Assembly: GCA_964569425.1 (NCBI GenBank) | Contig: CAZMVD010000006.1 | Location: 4,508-68,507 of the forward strand | Reading direction: 5' to 3' | Length of the DNA: 64,000 nucleotides | Origin: an uncultured Phycisphaeraceae bacterium | GTDB lineage: Bacteria; Planctomycetota; Phycisphaerae; UBA1845 | In this document: positions 42,313-51,963 of the stretch, piece after piece | Layout of the letters: each line of letters opens with the position of its first letter | Numbering within the stretch: position 1 is the stretch's first letter | The notes under the pieces: generated by a model | Databases searched by the model: none | Seen by the model: the letters and a program-made list of their open reading frames with translations, nothing else | What the model was told of the DNA's origin: nothing | Position numbers and translations under genes: made by a program

Positions 42313-43995
42313 ATGCCCATGGCGGATTCGCAGGCGATGCATGTCTTAGTGCTTGGGCACGCGCCCGGCGCGGAAGCGCTGGAACGCTGGACCACGGAGC
42401 ACGCGCACGTCGAACAAGTGGCGACGATGGAGGAAGCCCTGTGCGCACTTCGCAAGGGATCGTTCGACGTAGTCATCTGCCAGGCGTCGGAGATTCTGGC
42501 GCTACCAGCGTCGTCCTTCAGTCACGAAGCGGCCGTCATTCTCGACGGCGTTAACCAGGGAGTGGGTATTGTCGGCGAAAGCGGTGAATTGGAGTGGGCC
42601 AATCCACGCCTGTTGAGCCTGCCGACGGAGGTGCGCGCCCGGGTGTGCCGGTGTTGTGCCGAGACATTCCAGCGTGCCCAGGAGGAGGCGCGCAGTGGGA
42701 CCAACGGCGTGCGCGGCCGACACTTCAGCCTGGTGGTGGAAGGCGACGGACATTATGAGATTACCGCCACACCGGTGATGGACGTCCATCAGCGCATCAC
42801 GCGCGTGGCGGCGGTGGTGTGGGAAACGACCGCGGCCGCCCGCTTGCAGGAGAAGCTGGACGCCATCGAGCGTGCGGGGCGCGAGCTGCTCAGTCTCGAT
42901 CCCGATCAAATATCCCGCCTGGACGCTCACGAACGCCTTTCCCTCCTGGAACAGAAGGTTCTGCGTTGCACCCAGGAATTCCTTCGCTTCGACAACTTCG
43001 AGATCCGCACGTTGCACAAGAAGACCGGTCAGTTGGAACTGGTGCTGGCGTCGGGAATGCCGACTCAGGTGCTCGAAGGAGAGATTTACGCACGGAAGGA
43101 GGGCAACGGCATTCGCGGTTACGTCGCCGCCGAAGGACGCAGCTACATCTGCCCGGACGCCACGCGCGATCCGCGCTTTGCTCCCGGCATCGACAACGCG
43201 CGTTCGTCGCTCACCATCCCCCTGCTGCTCCAGGACCAGGTCGTCGGCGTGGCCAATTTTGAAAGCACCCGATTGGCCGCTTTCAACGAGCACGACCGCC
43301 AGTTCGCCGAAATCTTCGGTCGATACATCGCCCTGTCGCTCAACGTCCTGCAACTGCTGGTGTGCGAACGGCGGACCACCACCGGGCAGGTCGGGCGCAA
43401 CGTGCTGGCCGAGATCACCGCGCCGGTGAACGACATTCTCACCGACGTGGAAGGTCTTCTCGAAGACTACATCGGTCACGACGATCTGCGCCACCGTCTG
43501 CGCGGCCTGTCGGAGAACGCGGTGCGCATCCGTGATGCCATCAAGGAAATGACCTCGGCCAAACCCGGCGTGACCGGCGTGCGGCCTTCGGCGCCGCGGC
43601 AGCGCGATTCGCTGCTCGAGGGAAAGCGCGTGCTCATCGCCGACGACGAAGACCTCATCCGCGACACCGTCCGCGACGTGCTCACCGGGTATGGTTGTGC
43701 CGTCAGTACCGCGTCCGACGGTGCGGACGCCATCGCCCTGATCACTCAGGGGCCGTTCGACCTGGTGCTCAGCGACATCCGCATGCCGCGCAAGAGCGGC
43801 TACGAGGTCTTCGCCGCGGCCAAGGAGGCCAACGCGGCCACTCCCGTCATCCTCACCACCGGCTTCGGTTATGACCCCAACCACTCCATCGTGCGGGCGC
43901 GGCGCGAGGGACTTGCGGCGGTGCTGTTCAAACCCTTCAAGGTCGATCAACTGCTCGACGAAATCCGCATGGCGCTCCGCTCGGTGGCAAGCTAA
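42313..43995 (+). CDS. GAF-domain response regulator (N-terminal pseudo-receiver, GAF, C-terminal receiver)
   Basis: GAF-like GYVAAEGRSYICPDATRDPRF...SSLTIPLLLQDQVVGVANFES. Receiver domain RVLIADDEDLIRDTV...FDLVLSDIRMPRKSGYEV...PVILTTGF...LFKPF. Confidence 0.8.
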   Translation: MPMADSQAMHVLVLGHAPGAEALERWTTEHAHVEQVATMEEALCALRKGSFDVVICQASEILALPASSFSHEAAVILDGVNQGVGIVGESGELEWANPRLLSLPTEVRARVCRCCAETFQRAQEEARSGTNGVRGRHFSLVVEGDGHYEITATPVMDVHQRITRVAAVVWETTAAARLQEKLDAIERAGRELLSLDPDQISRLDAHERLSLLEQKVLRCTQEFLRFDNFEIRTLHKKTGQLELVLASGMPTQVLEGEIYARKEGNGIRGYVAAEGRSYICPDATRDPRFAPGIDNARSSLTIPLLLQDQVVGVANFESTRLAAFNEHDRQFAEIFGRYIALSLNVLQLLVCERRTTTGQVGRNVLAEITAPVNDILTDVEGLLEDYIGHDDLRHRLRGLSENAVRIRDAIKEMTSAKPGVTGVRPSAPRQRDSLLEGKRVLIADDEDLIRDTVRDVLTGYGCAVSTASDGADAIALITQGPFDLVLSDIRMPRKSGYEVFAAAKEANAATPVILTTGFGYDPNHSIVRARREGLAAVLFKPFKVDQLLDEIRMALRSVAS

Positions 43996-44239
43996 TCCTC
44001 GCTTCGTGCCTCAGTCGGTTTAGATTCCTGCGCAACAATTCGGCAACATTTCACCGCAATGGGCGGCGGGCGCGGCTGGCGGACGCCCAGCGGTCCTGCG
44101 GCAACCGGGGCATCGACAAACCCCGCGGATCATCGGCCCCTTCCCTGCTGACAGGCATCGCCCTTTCCTTGCGTCTGTTTTTCCGCGTTGCTAGATTCCG
44201 CCCGGGAATTGTCCGGAACCATTGAGGAGTTCGCCAAGC

Positions 44240-45238
44240 ATGACGACAACCTACACCGATGTGCGCGCCGTGGCCGCGCAGGCCGAGGAGCGCAGCGCAC
44301 CCTTTCGCCGTTTGCTCGATCAGATGCACCGTGTGATTGTGGGGCAGGATGTCCTGCTTCATCGCATGTTCGTTGGTCTGTTGTCCAACGGGCACCTGCT
44401 TATCGAGGGCGTGCCCGGTCTGGCCAAGACCACGGCGGTGTCCTGCCTCGCGCGCGGCATTCGCACGCGCTTCCAGCGGTTGCAGTTCACGCCCGACCTG
44501 CTTCCTGCTGACCTGATCGGCACGCTCATCTACCGCCCCAACGACGGCACCTTTGCGGTGCAGAAGGGGCCGATTTTCGCCAACCTGATCCTGGCCGACG
44601 AAATCAACCGCGCCCCCGCCAAGGTACAGTCCGCCCTGCTGGAAGCCATGCAGGAGCGGCAGGTCACGATCGGGAAGGAGAGCTTCCCCCTCGACGACCC
44701 CTTTTTGGTGCTCGCCACCCAGAACCCTATCGAACAGGAAGGCACTTATCCACTGCCCGAGGCCCAGGTGGATCGCTTTATGCTCAAGGTGATTGTGGGC
44801 TACCCGTCCAAGGCCGAGGAGCGCGCCATCCTCGATCGCATGGCCTCCACCGCGCCGGACCTGGCCATCGAGCCGGTGATGGAGCCGCAGGACATCGCCG
44901 CGGCGCGCCGCGTGGTGGATGACATCTACGTGGATGACAAGGTCAAGGACTACATCGTGGACCTGACCTTTGCCACGCGCGACCCCAACGCTTACGGACT
45001 GAGGATCGCCGAATGGATTCAATACGGCGCCTCGCCCCGCGCCACCTTGGCGCTCACGCTCGGTGCCAAGGCGACCGCGTTCCTGGCCGGCCGCGGCTAC
45101 GTTACGCCACAAGACGTCAAGACCATCGCTCCCGAAGTGCTCCGCCACCGCATCATCATCACCTACGAAGCCGAGGCCGAGGAGAAGACCAGCGAAGACG
45201 TGGTGCGCGCGGTGCTGGAGCAGGTGGCGGTGCCGTAG
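44240..45238 (+). CDS. MoxR-family AAA+ ATPase
   Basis: VIVGQDVLLHRMFVGLLSNGHLLIEGVPGLAKTT, FQRLQFTPDLLPADLIGT, ILADEINRAPAKVQSALLEAMQE. gaggag SD before the ATG at 44240. Confidence 0.92.
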   Translation: MTTTYTDVRAVAAQAEERSAPFRRLLDQMHRVIVGQDVLLHRMFVGLLSNGHLLIEGVPGLAKTTAVSCLARGIRTRFQRLQFTPDLLPADLIGTLIYRPNDGTFAVQKGPIFANLILADEINRAPAKVQSALLEAMQERQVTIGKESFPLDDPFLVLATQNPIEQEGTYPLPEAQVDRFMLKVIVGYPSKAEERAILDRMASTAPDLAIEPVMEPQDIAAARRVVDDIYVDDKVKDYIVDLTFATRDPNAYGLRIAEWIQYGASPRATLALTLGAKATAFLAGRGYVTPQDVKTIAPEVLRHRIIITYEAEAEEKTSEDVVRAVLEQVAVP

Positions 45239-45244
45239 AAAGCT

Positions 45245-45274
45245 GAAACGCCGAAAGCCGAAACGCCGAAAAAC
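45245..45274. repeat. B-family heptamer repeat, GAAACGCC orientation (left arm of cassette)
   Basis: gaaacgccgaaagccgaaacgccgaaaaac, starting 7 nt after the moxR stop. Confidence 0.9.
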
Positions 45275-45338
45275 AGGGGCAGCGACACGAATGGCCCGGG
45301 GGCCGTAGACGAGACCGCTCAAAGGGAGAAAGAGGGGT

Positions 45339-45704
45339 ATGCCGAGACTTACCGGAGACCTCAAGGAGCGTGCGCTGCAATTCGGCGTAGATATACTCGA
45401 ATTGGTGACCCGGCTCCCGAACGACACGAGGGGCTGGGTGGTGGCCAAGCAGATGGCACGCTCGGCGACCTCCGTGGGGGCGAACATCTGGGAGGCTGAT
45501 TATGCATACTCGGAAACCGATTTCGCGCATCGCCTGAATATCGCCCGAAAGGAGGCGGGAGAGACCATGTACTGGATCGAAATCTGTCGCCGTGCAGGAC
45601 TGTTGACCGCCGATGCGACCGCTGGACTTTCCGCCGAGACCGATGAATTGCTTCGCATCCTCGGCACGATCGTGAAGCGCACCCAGGACCGTGTGAAGAA
45701 ATGA
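45339..45704 (+). CDS. Four-helix-bundle protein (23S rRNA intervening-sequence protein family, TIGR02436-like)
   Basis: LKERALQFGVDILELV..LP......V.KQMARSATSVGANIWEA......DF.HRLNIARKEAGETMYWIEI, the characteristic family pattern. Confidence 0.85.
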   Translation: MPRLTGDLKERALQFGVDILELVTRLPNDTRGWVVAKQMARSATSVGANIWEADYAYSETDFAHRLNIARKEAGETMYWIEICRRAGLLTADATAGLSAETDELLRILGTIVKRTQDRVKK

Positions 45705-45960
45705 GAGAGATTCAGTTGAAAGCCAGAGTGGACAACACCGACTGCATAGTCCGTTGGTTTGTTGCGGGCAATCGTTACGAAGTCGCGGAGCGACACGCAA
45801 CCCGAATACCTGGACAAATGACAATGGGCGGCACTTTCCAATACATTTCCGGCGATTTCCGGTCATCGACTAGGCCGTCCTGTGGTTCTCCCAGCGCCTG
45901 GGTCACGCCCAACGTAGACCCGTCCCTGCGCTATTGGAGCGCCATTCCCAATTGGACGCT

Positions 45961-46003
45961 GTTTCGGCTTTCGGCGTTTCGGCGTTTCGGCTATTGGCGT
46001 TTC
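45961..46003. repeat. B-family heptamer repeat, TTTCGGC(G) orientation (right arm of cassette)
   Basis: gtttcggctttcggcgtttcggcgtttcggctattggcgtttc, ending 5 nt before the DUF58 ATG. It is the inverted complement of 45245-45274. Confidence 0.9.
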
Positions 46004-46008
46004 TCCCC

Positions 46009-46884
46009 ATGATACCCAAAGACGTTCTCAAGAAGGTGCGCCAGATTCAGATCCGCACGCGGCGGACGGTGAACGATCTGCTCGCCGGGCAGTACCACTC
46101 CGCCTTTCGCGGGCGGGGCATGGAGTTCGAGGAGGTCAGCCCCTACCAGTTCGGCGACGACGTGCGCCTGATCGACTGGAACGTCTCGGCACGTTACGGC
46201 GAGCCGTTCATTAAGAAGTTTCGCGAGGAGCGCGAGCTGACCGTCATGCTGGTCGTCGATGCCAGCCCTTCGTCACTGTTCGGCAGCGTCCGGCAGTTCA
46301 AGCTCGACTACGCCGCGGAGCTGTGCGCCGTGCTCGCCTTTTCCGCCGTGCGCAGCAACGACAAGGTCGGGCTGATCCTGTTCAGCGACGAGGTGGAGCA
46401 ATACGTCCCCGCCAAGAAGGGGACCCGCCACGTACTGCGCATCATTCGCGAGCTGCTCTACCACCAGCCGCGCGGCCGGGGCACCGACATCCCCGCCGCA
46501 CTGGGGTTTCTTAACCGCGTCACCCTGCGCAAGAACGTGTGCTTTCTGGTGAGTGATTTTCTTGCCGTGGGCATCGAGCCGGCGCTGCGCATCGCGCGCC
46601 GGCGTCACGACCTGATCCCGGTCATCGTCAGCGACCCGCGCGAGCACCAGTTGCCCGACGTGGGGTTCATCGAACTGCAGGACGCAGAAACCGGCGCCAC
46701 CACCCTGCTGGACACGCGTCATCGCGCCGTGCGCGAAGCCTACGCCGCGGAAATCGCCCGCCGCCGTGCCCAACGCGAATCGTTGTTTCGTCGAATCGAC
46801 GCCCCCACAGTGGAGGTGCGAACGGACTGTTCCTACGTGGATCCGCTGGTTCGATTCTTCCACCGCCGTGAGCTGCGCCGTTGA
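46009..46884 (+). CDS. DUF58 domain protein (MoxR partner)
   Basis: I trimmed the start to MIPKDVLKKVRQIQIRTRR. Contains HSAFRGRGMEFEEVSPYQFGDDVRLIDWNVSARYGEPFIKKFREEREL. Confidence 0.88.
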   Translation: MIPKDVLKKVRQIQIRTRRTVNDLLAGQYHSAFRGRGMEFEEVSPYQFGDDVRLIDWNVSARYGEPFIKKFREERELTVMLVVDASPSSLFGSVRQFKLDYAAELCAVLAFSAVRSNDKVGLILFSDEVEQYVPAKKGTRHVLRIIRELLYHQPRGRGTDIPAALGFLNRVTLRKNVCFLVSDFLAVGIEPALRIARRRHDLIPVIVSDPREHQLPDVGFIELQDAETGATTLLDTRHRAVREAYAAEIARRRAQRESLFRRIDAPTVEVRTDCSYVDPLVRFFHRRELRR

Positions 46885-46929
46885 ACCCGGCCGGCCACAA
46901 GCGATGACCGGTCCCCGCCGGCGCCTCGT

Positions 46930-48771
46930 TCAATTTCTCTTGTACACCACCTGTCCGCCAAAAATCGTCTGCCAGGCGGTGACGTCTTTCAGTCGGTCCC
47001 GGGGAATGGTCAGCGGATCTTCGGCCAGGATGACCAGATCCGCCACCTTGCCCGCGGCGATGGTGCCCAGCGTGTCCCCGCGACCCACGGCGCGAGCGGG
47101 GTTCACCGTATAGCAGCGCAGCGCCTCCTCCACATTGATGGCGCTCGATGCCAACCATACGTCACCGGCCAGCGTCCGCGAGTTGACCGCGGCGTCGATC
47201 CCCGCGAACGGGTTGAGCGTGACCACCGGCCAGTCGCTGCCGAAGCAAAGCAACGCCCCCGCGTCCAGCAGTTCCCGAAAGGCGTATGAGCCCTGCAGCC
47301 GATCGCTGCCCAGCGCCTTTTCAGCGTAGCGCCCGTCGTCGGCCTTGTGATAGGGCTGCATCGACGGCACCACACCCAGGGCGGCAAAACGCGGAATATC
47401 CTCCACCAGCAGGTGTTGGGCGTGCTCGATGCGATGCAGTGTGTCTTTCCGCTCCCCGGACTCGCGTGCCGCTGCATAAGCGTTCAGCAGCAGGTGATTG
47501 GCCTGATCGCCGATGGCGTGCATCGCCACCTGCCAGCCTCGTTCGTGCGCTTCGCGAATGTTCGAGCCAAACGACTCGGACGACGCGAACGCCGTCAACT
47601 GCCCCCGCGGATAGACCGTGGCCGGCGTCGCATCGGCAAACGGTTCGCGCATATAGGCCGTGCGGCTGCCCAGCGATCCGTCCATGTACGCCTTGAACCC
47701 CGCAATCCGCACCAGCCCTTGCGCGTCGGCGCCGGCGCGGGCACGAAGCAACTCGAAACTGCGGTTGTTGTTCTCGATCAGCTCGTAGTAGTTTTTCCAG
47801 TCATCGACTTGCAGATAGCTGGTGATGCGCAGCTTGAGCTTTTTGTGCGCGTAGACCATCAGGAACGTGTTGATGTCATCCAGCGTGCTCATGTCGTGCA
47901 CCGACGTCACCCCCAGCGAATGCGCATGGCGCACGGCGCGGTGCAGCGCCGCCAACCGTTCCTCCACCGGCGCCGGCGGAATGCGCGCGCTCACCAGTTC
48001 CATGGCCGATTCTTTGAGCACGCCGGTCGGCGCGCGCGTTTTCGGGTCGCGTTCGATCTCCCCCCCCACCGGGTCCTTGGGCCCTTCGGCGTCGATCCCC
48101 GCCAGCTTCAGCGCCGCGGAGTTGACCAGTGCCTGGTGTCCGTCCATGCGGGTCAGGAACGCGGGTGTGTCGGCGGTGATGGGGTCCAGCCAGTTTCGAT
48201 GCGGCGGCTCCGGCTTCTCCCAGCTCTCCACGCTCCAGCGTCCGCCGAGAATCCACTGACCGGGCAACTTGGTCTTGGCGTCCGCTTCTATCGCCCGCAG
48301 GAATTCCTCCTTGTTCTTCGCCTCGCGCAGGTTGAGCCGCGACAGTTGAAACCCGCCGGAAACCAGGTGCGTGTGGCTGTCGGTGATACCGGGAATCACG
48401 CGCCGGCCGCCCGCGTCGATCACCGTCGTGCCCGGGCCGATATGCCGGCGAATCGTTTCGTCGTCGCCCACACCCACGATCAACGCGCCCGCCACCGCGA
48501 TGGCCGTCGGTTCGCGTCGTGGGTCCGACGCTTCTTTTGCCGTGTTGGCCGCTTCTCCATCGGCCGGGCCGCGTTCCTTGACGACGCCGGCGGCGCCGGT
48601 CCAGACTTTGGCGTTCACGATCACGAGGTCGGCGGGGCGCAATTGTCCGCCACCCTCGTCCGGCTGCGCCAGCGCACAGGGCGCCACGGTCAGCCAAACA
48701 GCGACCGCGGTCCGGCAAGACAGCAGGAAACGCGAAGCCTGGTTGTGGCAACTGGACGTCGAGAACATCAT
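46930..48771 (-). CDS. Secreted amidohydrolase (Amidohydro_3/YtcJ-like metal-dependent hydrolase)
   Basis: Signal MMFSTSS...VAVWLTVAPCALAQ. Contains VIPGITDSHTHLVSGG, WQVAMHAIGD and LCFGSDWPV. Confidence 0.85.
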   Translation of the reverse strand: MMFSTSSCHNQASRFLLSCRTAVAVWLTVAPCALAQPDEGGGQLRPADLVIVNAKVWTGAAGVVKERGPADGEAANTAKEASDPRREPTAIAVAGALIVGVGDDETIRRHIGPGTTVIDAGGRRVIPGITDSHTHLVSGGFQLSRLNLREAKNKEEFLRAIEADAKTKLPGQWILGGRWSVESWEKPEPPHRNWLDPITADTPAFLTRMDGHQALVNSAALKLAGIDAEGPKDPVGGEIERDPKTRAPTGVLKESAMELVSARIPPAPVEERLAALHRAVRHAHSLGVTSVHDMSTLDDINTFLMVYAHKKLKLRITSYLQVDDWKNYYELIENNNRSFELLRARAGADAQGLVRIAGFKAYMDGSLGSRTAYMREPFADATPATVYPRGQLTAFASSESFGSNIREAHERGWQVAMHAIGDQANHLLLNAYAAARESGERKDTLHRIEHAQHLLVEDIPRFAALGVVPSMQPYHKADDGRYAEKALGSDRLQGSYAFRELLDAGALLCFGSDWPVVTLNPFAGIDAAVNSRTLAGDVWLASSAINVEEALRCYTVNPARAVGRGDTLGTIAAGKVADLVILAEDPLTIPRDRLKDVTAWQTIFGGQVVYKRN

Positions 48772-48914
48772 GGTGAAGGCGCTCCCGAAAAGAATGGGCA
48801 AGAATCTTCCATCAGGGCCGTGAATGCACAACCCGGCCTCGCGCCATATACTAGCAACGGTCCTAGTCTTGGGAAACGCCGCTGCGCGCCGCGGACTTGA
48901 GGAGCTTGCATGTG

Positions 48915-49178
48915 ATGGAACGCGATCGAATCGAGTCGACACCGATCAACGACGTGAGAGAGTTACCGCCGGGCGCAGGGCTGAAGTGGGGCGGGCCTGC
49001 GTGCCCGTTGCCGACTGAGCAGGATATCTGCCCGCGCTGCGCGCGGGTCGCGTTGCGTCCGGCGCACTGCAAGCTGATTTGCGACGGCTGCGGCTACGTG
49101 GAAAGCTGCGAAGATATCCTACCCCACTACGCCGCGGGCCCGGGCGACTCCGACGGCCCGCTGTTTGTCTCGCCCTGA
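48915..49178 (+). CDS. Small Cys-rich (zinc-ribbon-like) protein, hypothetical
   Basis: CPRC...C..ICDGCGYVESC. It ends 8 nt before pyrC. Weak support. Confidence 0.35.
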   Translation: MERDRIESTPINDVRELPPGAGLKWGGPACPLPTEQDICPRCARVALRPAHCKLICDGCGYVESCEDILPHYAAGPGDSDGPLFVSP

Positions 49179-49185
49179 GGTCACC

Positions 49186-50505
49186 ATGCCCGTACCGATC
49201 ATCGAGGACCATAGCGCCCTGCTCATCCGCGGCGGACGTTTGATCGACCCCGCCGGGGGGCGCGACGAAATCGTCGATGTCGCCGTCGTGGACGGCCGCA
49301 TCGCCGAATCCGCCCCGGCGAACGCGCACGTGATCGCAGCCGACGGATGGCTGGTGTGCCCCGGCGTTCGCGACATTCACGTGCACCTGCGCGAGCCCGG
49401 CCAGGCGCACAAGGAAACAATAGCCAGCGGAACCGCGGCCGCCGCGGCCGGCGGCTTCACGTATGTGGCCTGCATGCCCAACACCTCGCCGCCGATCGAT
49501 CAGCCGGACGTGGTCCGCTGGATACTCGACGAAGCCCGCCGCCACGATCTTTGCGCCGTGGGTGTGGTCGCCGCCATCACCCGCGGGCGCGGCGGCCGGG
49601 AACTGACCGATTTTACCGCCCTGCAGCAGGCGGGTGCCGTCGCCTTCAGCGATGATGGCACCGGCGTGGAAGACGATGATGTGATGCGCGCCGCCTTCGA
49701 ATCGGCCGCGCGGCTGGGCGCTGTGCTCGTCCAGCATTGCGAATATCGCCACATTTCTGCGGGCGGTGTCATGCACCTCGGCGAAGTCTCGCGCCTCCTC
49801 GGCCTGCCGGGACTCGACCCGCGTTCCGAAGAGGCGATGATCGAACGCGATATCGACCTGTGCCGCCGCACCGGGGGGCGCTACCACGTGGCGCACATCT
49901 CCACTGCCAAGGCCGTCGAGATGGTCCGCCGCGCCAAGGCCGAAGGGCTCCCGGTCACCGCGGAAGTGTGCACCCACCATTTGCTCCTGACCGACGAAGC
50001 CTGCGCCGCCGCTGACCCCAATACCAAGATGCACCCGCCGCTTCGTCCCCAGCCCGATGTGGATGCCTGCCGCCACGGCCTGCTCGACGGCACCATCGAC
50101 TGCATCGTCACCGATCATGCGCCCCACGCCGCCGCGGAGAAGGCGGCGGGGTTTCGGAAAGCGCCGGCGGGAATCGTAGGGCTGGAAACCGCAGTGGGCG
50201 TCGCTGCCGCGGCCATGGTAACGACCGGGCTGGCCGACTGGCCGCAACTCGTCCATTGGTTCACGGCGGGCGCGGTGCGCGTGCTCGGGGGTGAACCACC
50301 GAGCCTGGCGATCGGCCGCGCTGCGGAAATCACGCTGATCGATCCGCACGGCGCCTGGGTTGTCGTGCCGGATCGCTTCGCTTCACTCGGTCGCAACACA
50401 CCCTTCGCCGGCCTCACTCTGCCGGCGCGCGCCCGGGGCACGATCCGCGCCCGGCGTCTCATTCAATGCAACATCGTTGCTCACGAAACCCAGGAACGCC
50501 GATAG
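49186..50505 (+). CDS. pyrC: Dihydroorotase
   Basis: LIRGGRLIDP, DIHVHLREPG, ACMPNT, HVAHIST, VTDHAPH. This is the cyclic amidohydrolase / dihydroorotase pattern. Confidence 0.88.
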   Translation: MPVPIIEDHSALLIRGGRLIDPAGGRDEIVDVAVVDGRIAESAPANAHVIAADGWLVCPGVRDIHVHLREPGQAHKETIASGTAAAAAGGFTYVACMPNTSPPIDQPDVVRWILDEARRHDLCAVGVVAAITRGRGGRELTDFTALQQAGAVAFSDDGTGVEDDDVMRAAFESAARLGAVLVQHCEYRHISAGGVMHLGEVSRLLGLPGLDPRSEEAMIERDIDLCRRTGGRYHVAHISTAKAVEMVRRAKAEGLPVTAEVCTHHLLLTDEACAAADPNTKMHPPLRPQPDVDACRHGLLDGTIDCIVTDHAPHAAAEKAAGFRKAPAGIVGLETAVGVAAAAMVTTGLADWPQLVHWFTAGAVRVLGGEPPSLAIGRAAEITLIDPHGAWVVVPDRFASLGRNTPFAGLTLPARARGTIRARRLIQCNIVAHETQERR

Positions 50506-50594
50506 CCGCGCGCTGAACCGTCAAACCTCCTAAAAACCAGGATCGCGGCGGCCATCTGCCGCAGCGTTTGGTTTGGCTTTCGGGCCCGCCAAGT

Positions 50595-51302
50595 TCAGGA
50601 CGGGGCACGACGCGCCTTTTCGACGGCAGCGTTGGAAAGTTGATCCACGACCTTTCTTATCCTCTCCCAGCTTTCGCGATGGTAGTGTTCCGGGATCTCA
50701 AGTTTTTCGCCAACCTGGTATCTTGCACGTTTGCCCGCTTTCTCGACGTAGGTTGCATTGACCACGCCATTGTTATGAACCAAGATGTCCCGCGACGCCT
50801 TGATCTCTGCCAATTCTTCGATCTCCGCGGTGGTCGGGCAACCGAGTTTGGCCAACCGTTCGAGATAAGTAAACCAATCGGCAACCCGCTTGTATTTCAG
50901 GTCGTTCAATTCCTTGTCCACGACGGCCAAGACGACAGCAGCTTTGTCAGAAGCCTTCAGGATTGTGCTCATCTCCACCTGTTTGTTGGAGTGGCTACCC
51001 GGATAGGCGGCGAGCCAATGGCGGAGCAATCCGAAGAAGAATTCCTCGAACAGCGAGACAAAGTGCTGGAAAGTCGAGGACATCAGGTAAACGGTCACGT
51101 AGAGTTGCGCCCGCCCGAGAAGCGCTTGCTCGTCTACTTGTGTGCTGGTCGTCAGGTTTCGGAACGTGAACTTCCGCCCTTCCTTGACGACCTGTTGCAG
51201 CAAACGCCACACCCTTTAGGTGTACGTGTAGTAATCGTGACTCGCGTCCAGCGCGGAAAGCGTGCGATTCGCGAGGGCTTGGACATCGTTCGTCAGTGCC
51301 AT
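50595..51302 (-). pseudogene. HEPN-like (Rx4H) protein gene interrupted by a single in-frame TAA at codon 29 (or a shorter GTG-initiated CDS 50595-51212)
   Basis: The ATG at 51302 gives MALTNDVQALANRTLSALDASHDYYTYT, then TAA (complement of 51216-51218), then in the same frame RVWRLLQQVVKEG... The C-terminal half carries EIKASRDILVHNNGVVN (R-x4-H). Lower GC than surroundings. Confidence 0.5.
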
Positions 51303-51322
51303 GCTCTGCGCCCGCTGGGCCT

Positions 51323-51565
51323 TCACGGAATACTGTTCAGAAGGTCTTGAACTCGTCCCGGGTCGCTCCCGTGCCCTAGATTGATCACTGCGACCTCTGG
51401 TTTCCCATCAAGCGAAATCGCCTCGTCATCGACCCAGTAAGGAATGTGGTTCGCGTTGAGAATGGCCCTTACACTCTCAAGCTGCGCTACCGGAACCAAG
51501 ATGTACGGCCCCGCGTCCCCCTCCTTCGAGACGCAAAGCGGCCTGTCCGTTGATTTGTCGATCAT
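51323..51565 (-). CDS. Small hypothetical protein upstream of the HEPN-like gene
   Basis: 81 aa starting at MIDKSTDRPLCV. Its stop lies 20 nt before the ATG at 51302. Lower-GC composition continues through it. Confidence 0.45.
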   Translation of the reverse strand: MIDKSTDRPLCVSKEGDAGPYILVPVAQLESVRAILNANHIPYWVDDEAISLDGKPEVAVINLGHGSDPGRVQDLLNSIP

Positions 51566-51963
51566 CGCACGCTCCAGGAAAGGATTGCCATCAAATACCG
51601 CCCGCACTGATCCTCCAGTATTGTCGCCGATCTGAACCCGGCAGCAAGATCGAACAGACACGGCCAGTCGCCAGTGGAGCGTGGCTGAATCGGCGGGGTG
51701 GGCGCACACTTCCTTTCCCTCGCCCGCACCATCCTTCGGCGGAATCACCCTCCCCGCGCGCGCCCGCGGCACCGTGGGCGCCACGCGATCGATCCAATGA
51801 GCCGGCGCCGAGCGCCCCGAGAGTCCATCCAACGAGTAACCCGCACCGCGATCTTGCTGGCCCGCGACAACAGGGGCCCTTCCTACTCGGCGCAAGAAAC
51901 CGGGACCGAGTTGTATTCCTCGATCCCGGCGCTTGCAGTCCCCTTCGGCAGGTCACCGATGAG

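Noticed and set aside
42502-45487. Minus-strand ORFs 42502-43950 (482 aa) and 44051-45487 (478 aa)
   Set aside because: They are antisense to the GAF/receiver regulator and the MoxR ATPase. No motifs, shadow-ORF composition.
45701-46012. 103-aa ORF inside the four-helix-bundle cassette
   Set aside because: Its C-terminus (LFRLSAFRRFGYWRFSP) is just the translated heptamer arm. The rest has no coding features. I kept it as non-coding cassette sequence.
47347-50349. ORFs 47347-48900 (+, 517 aa) and 48946-50349 (-, 467 aa)
   Set aside because: They are antisense to the amidohydrolase and to pyrC respectively, both of which carry metal-binding His motifs in the chosen frames.
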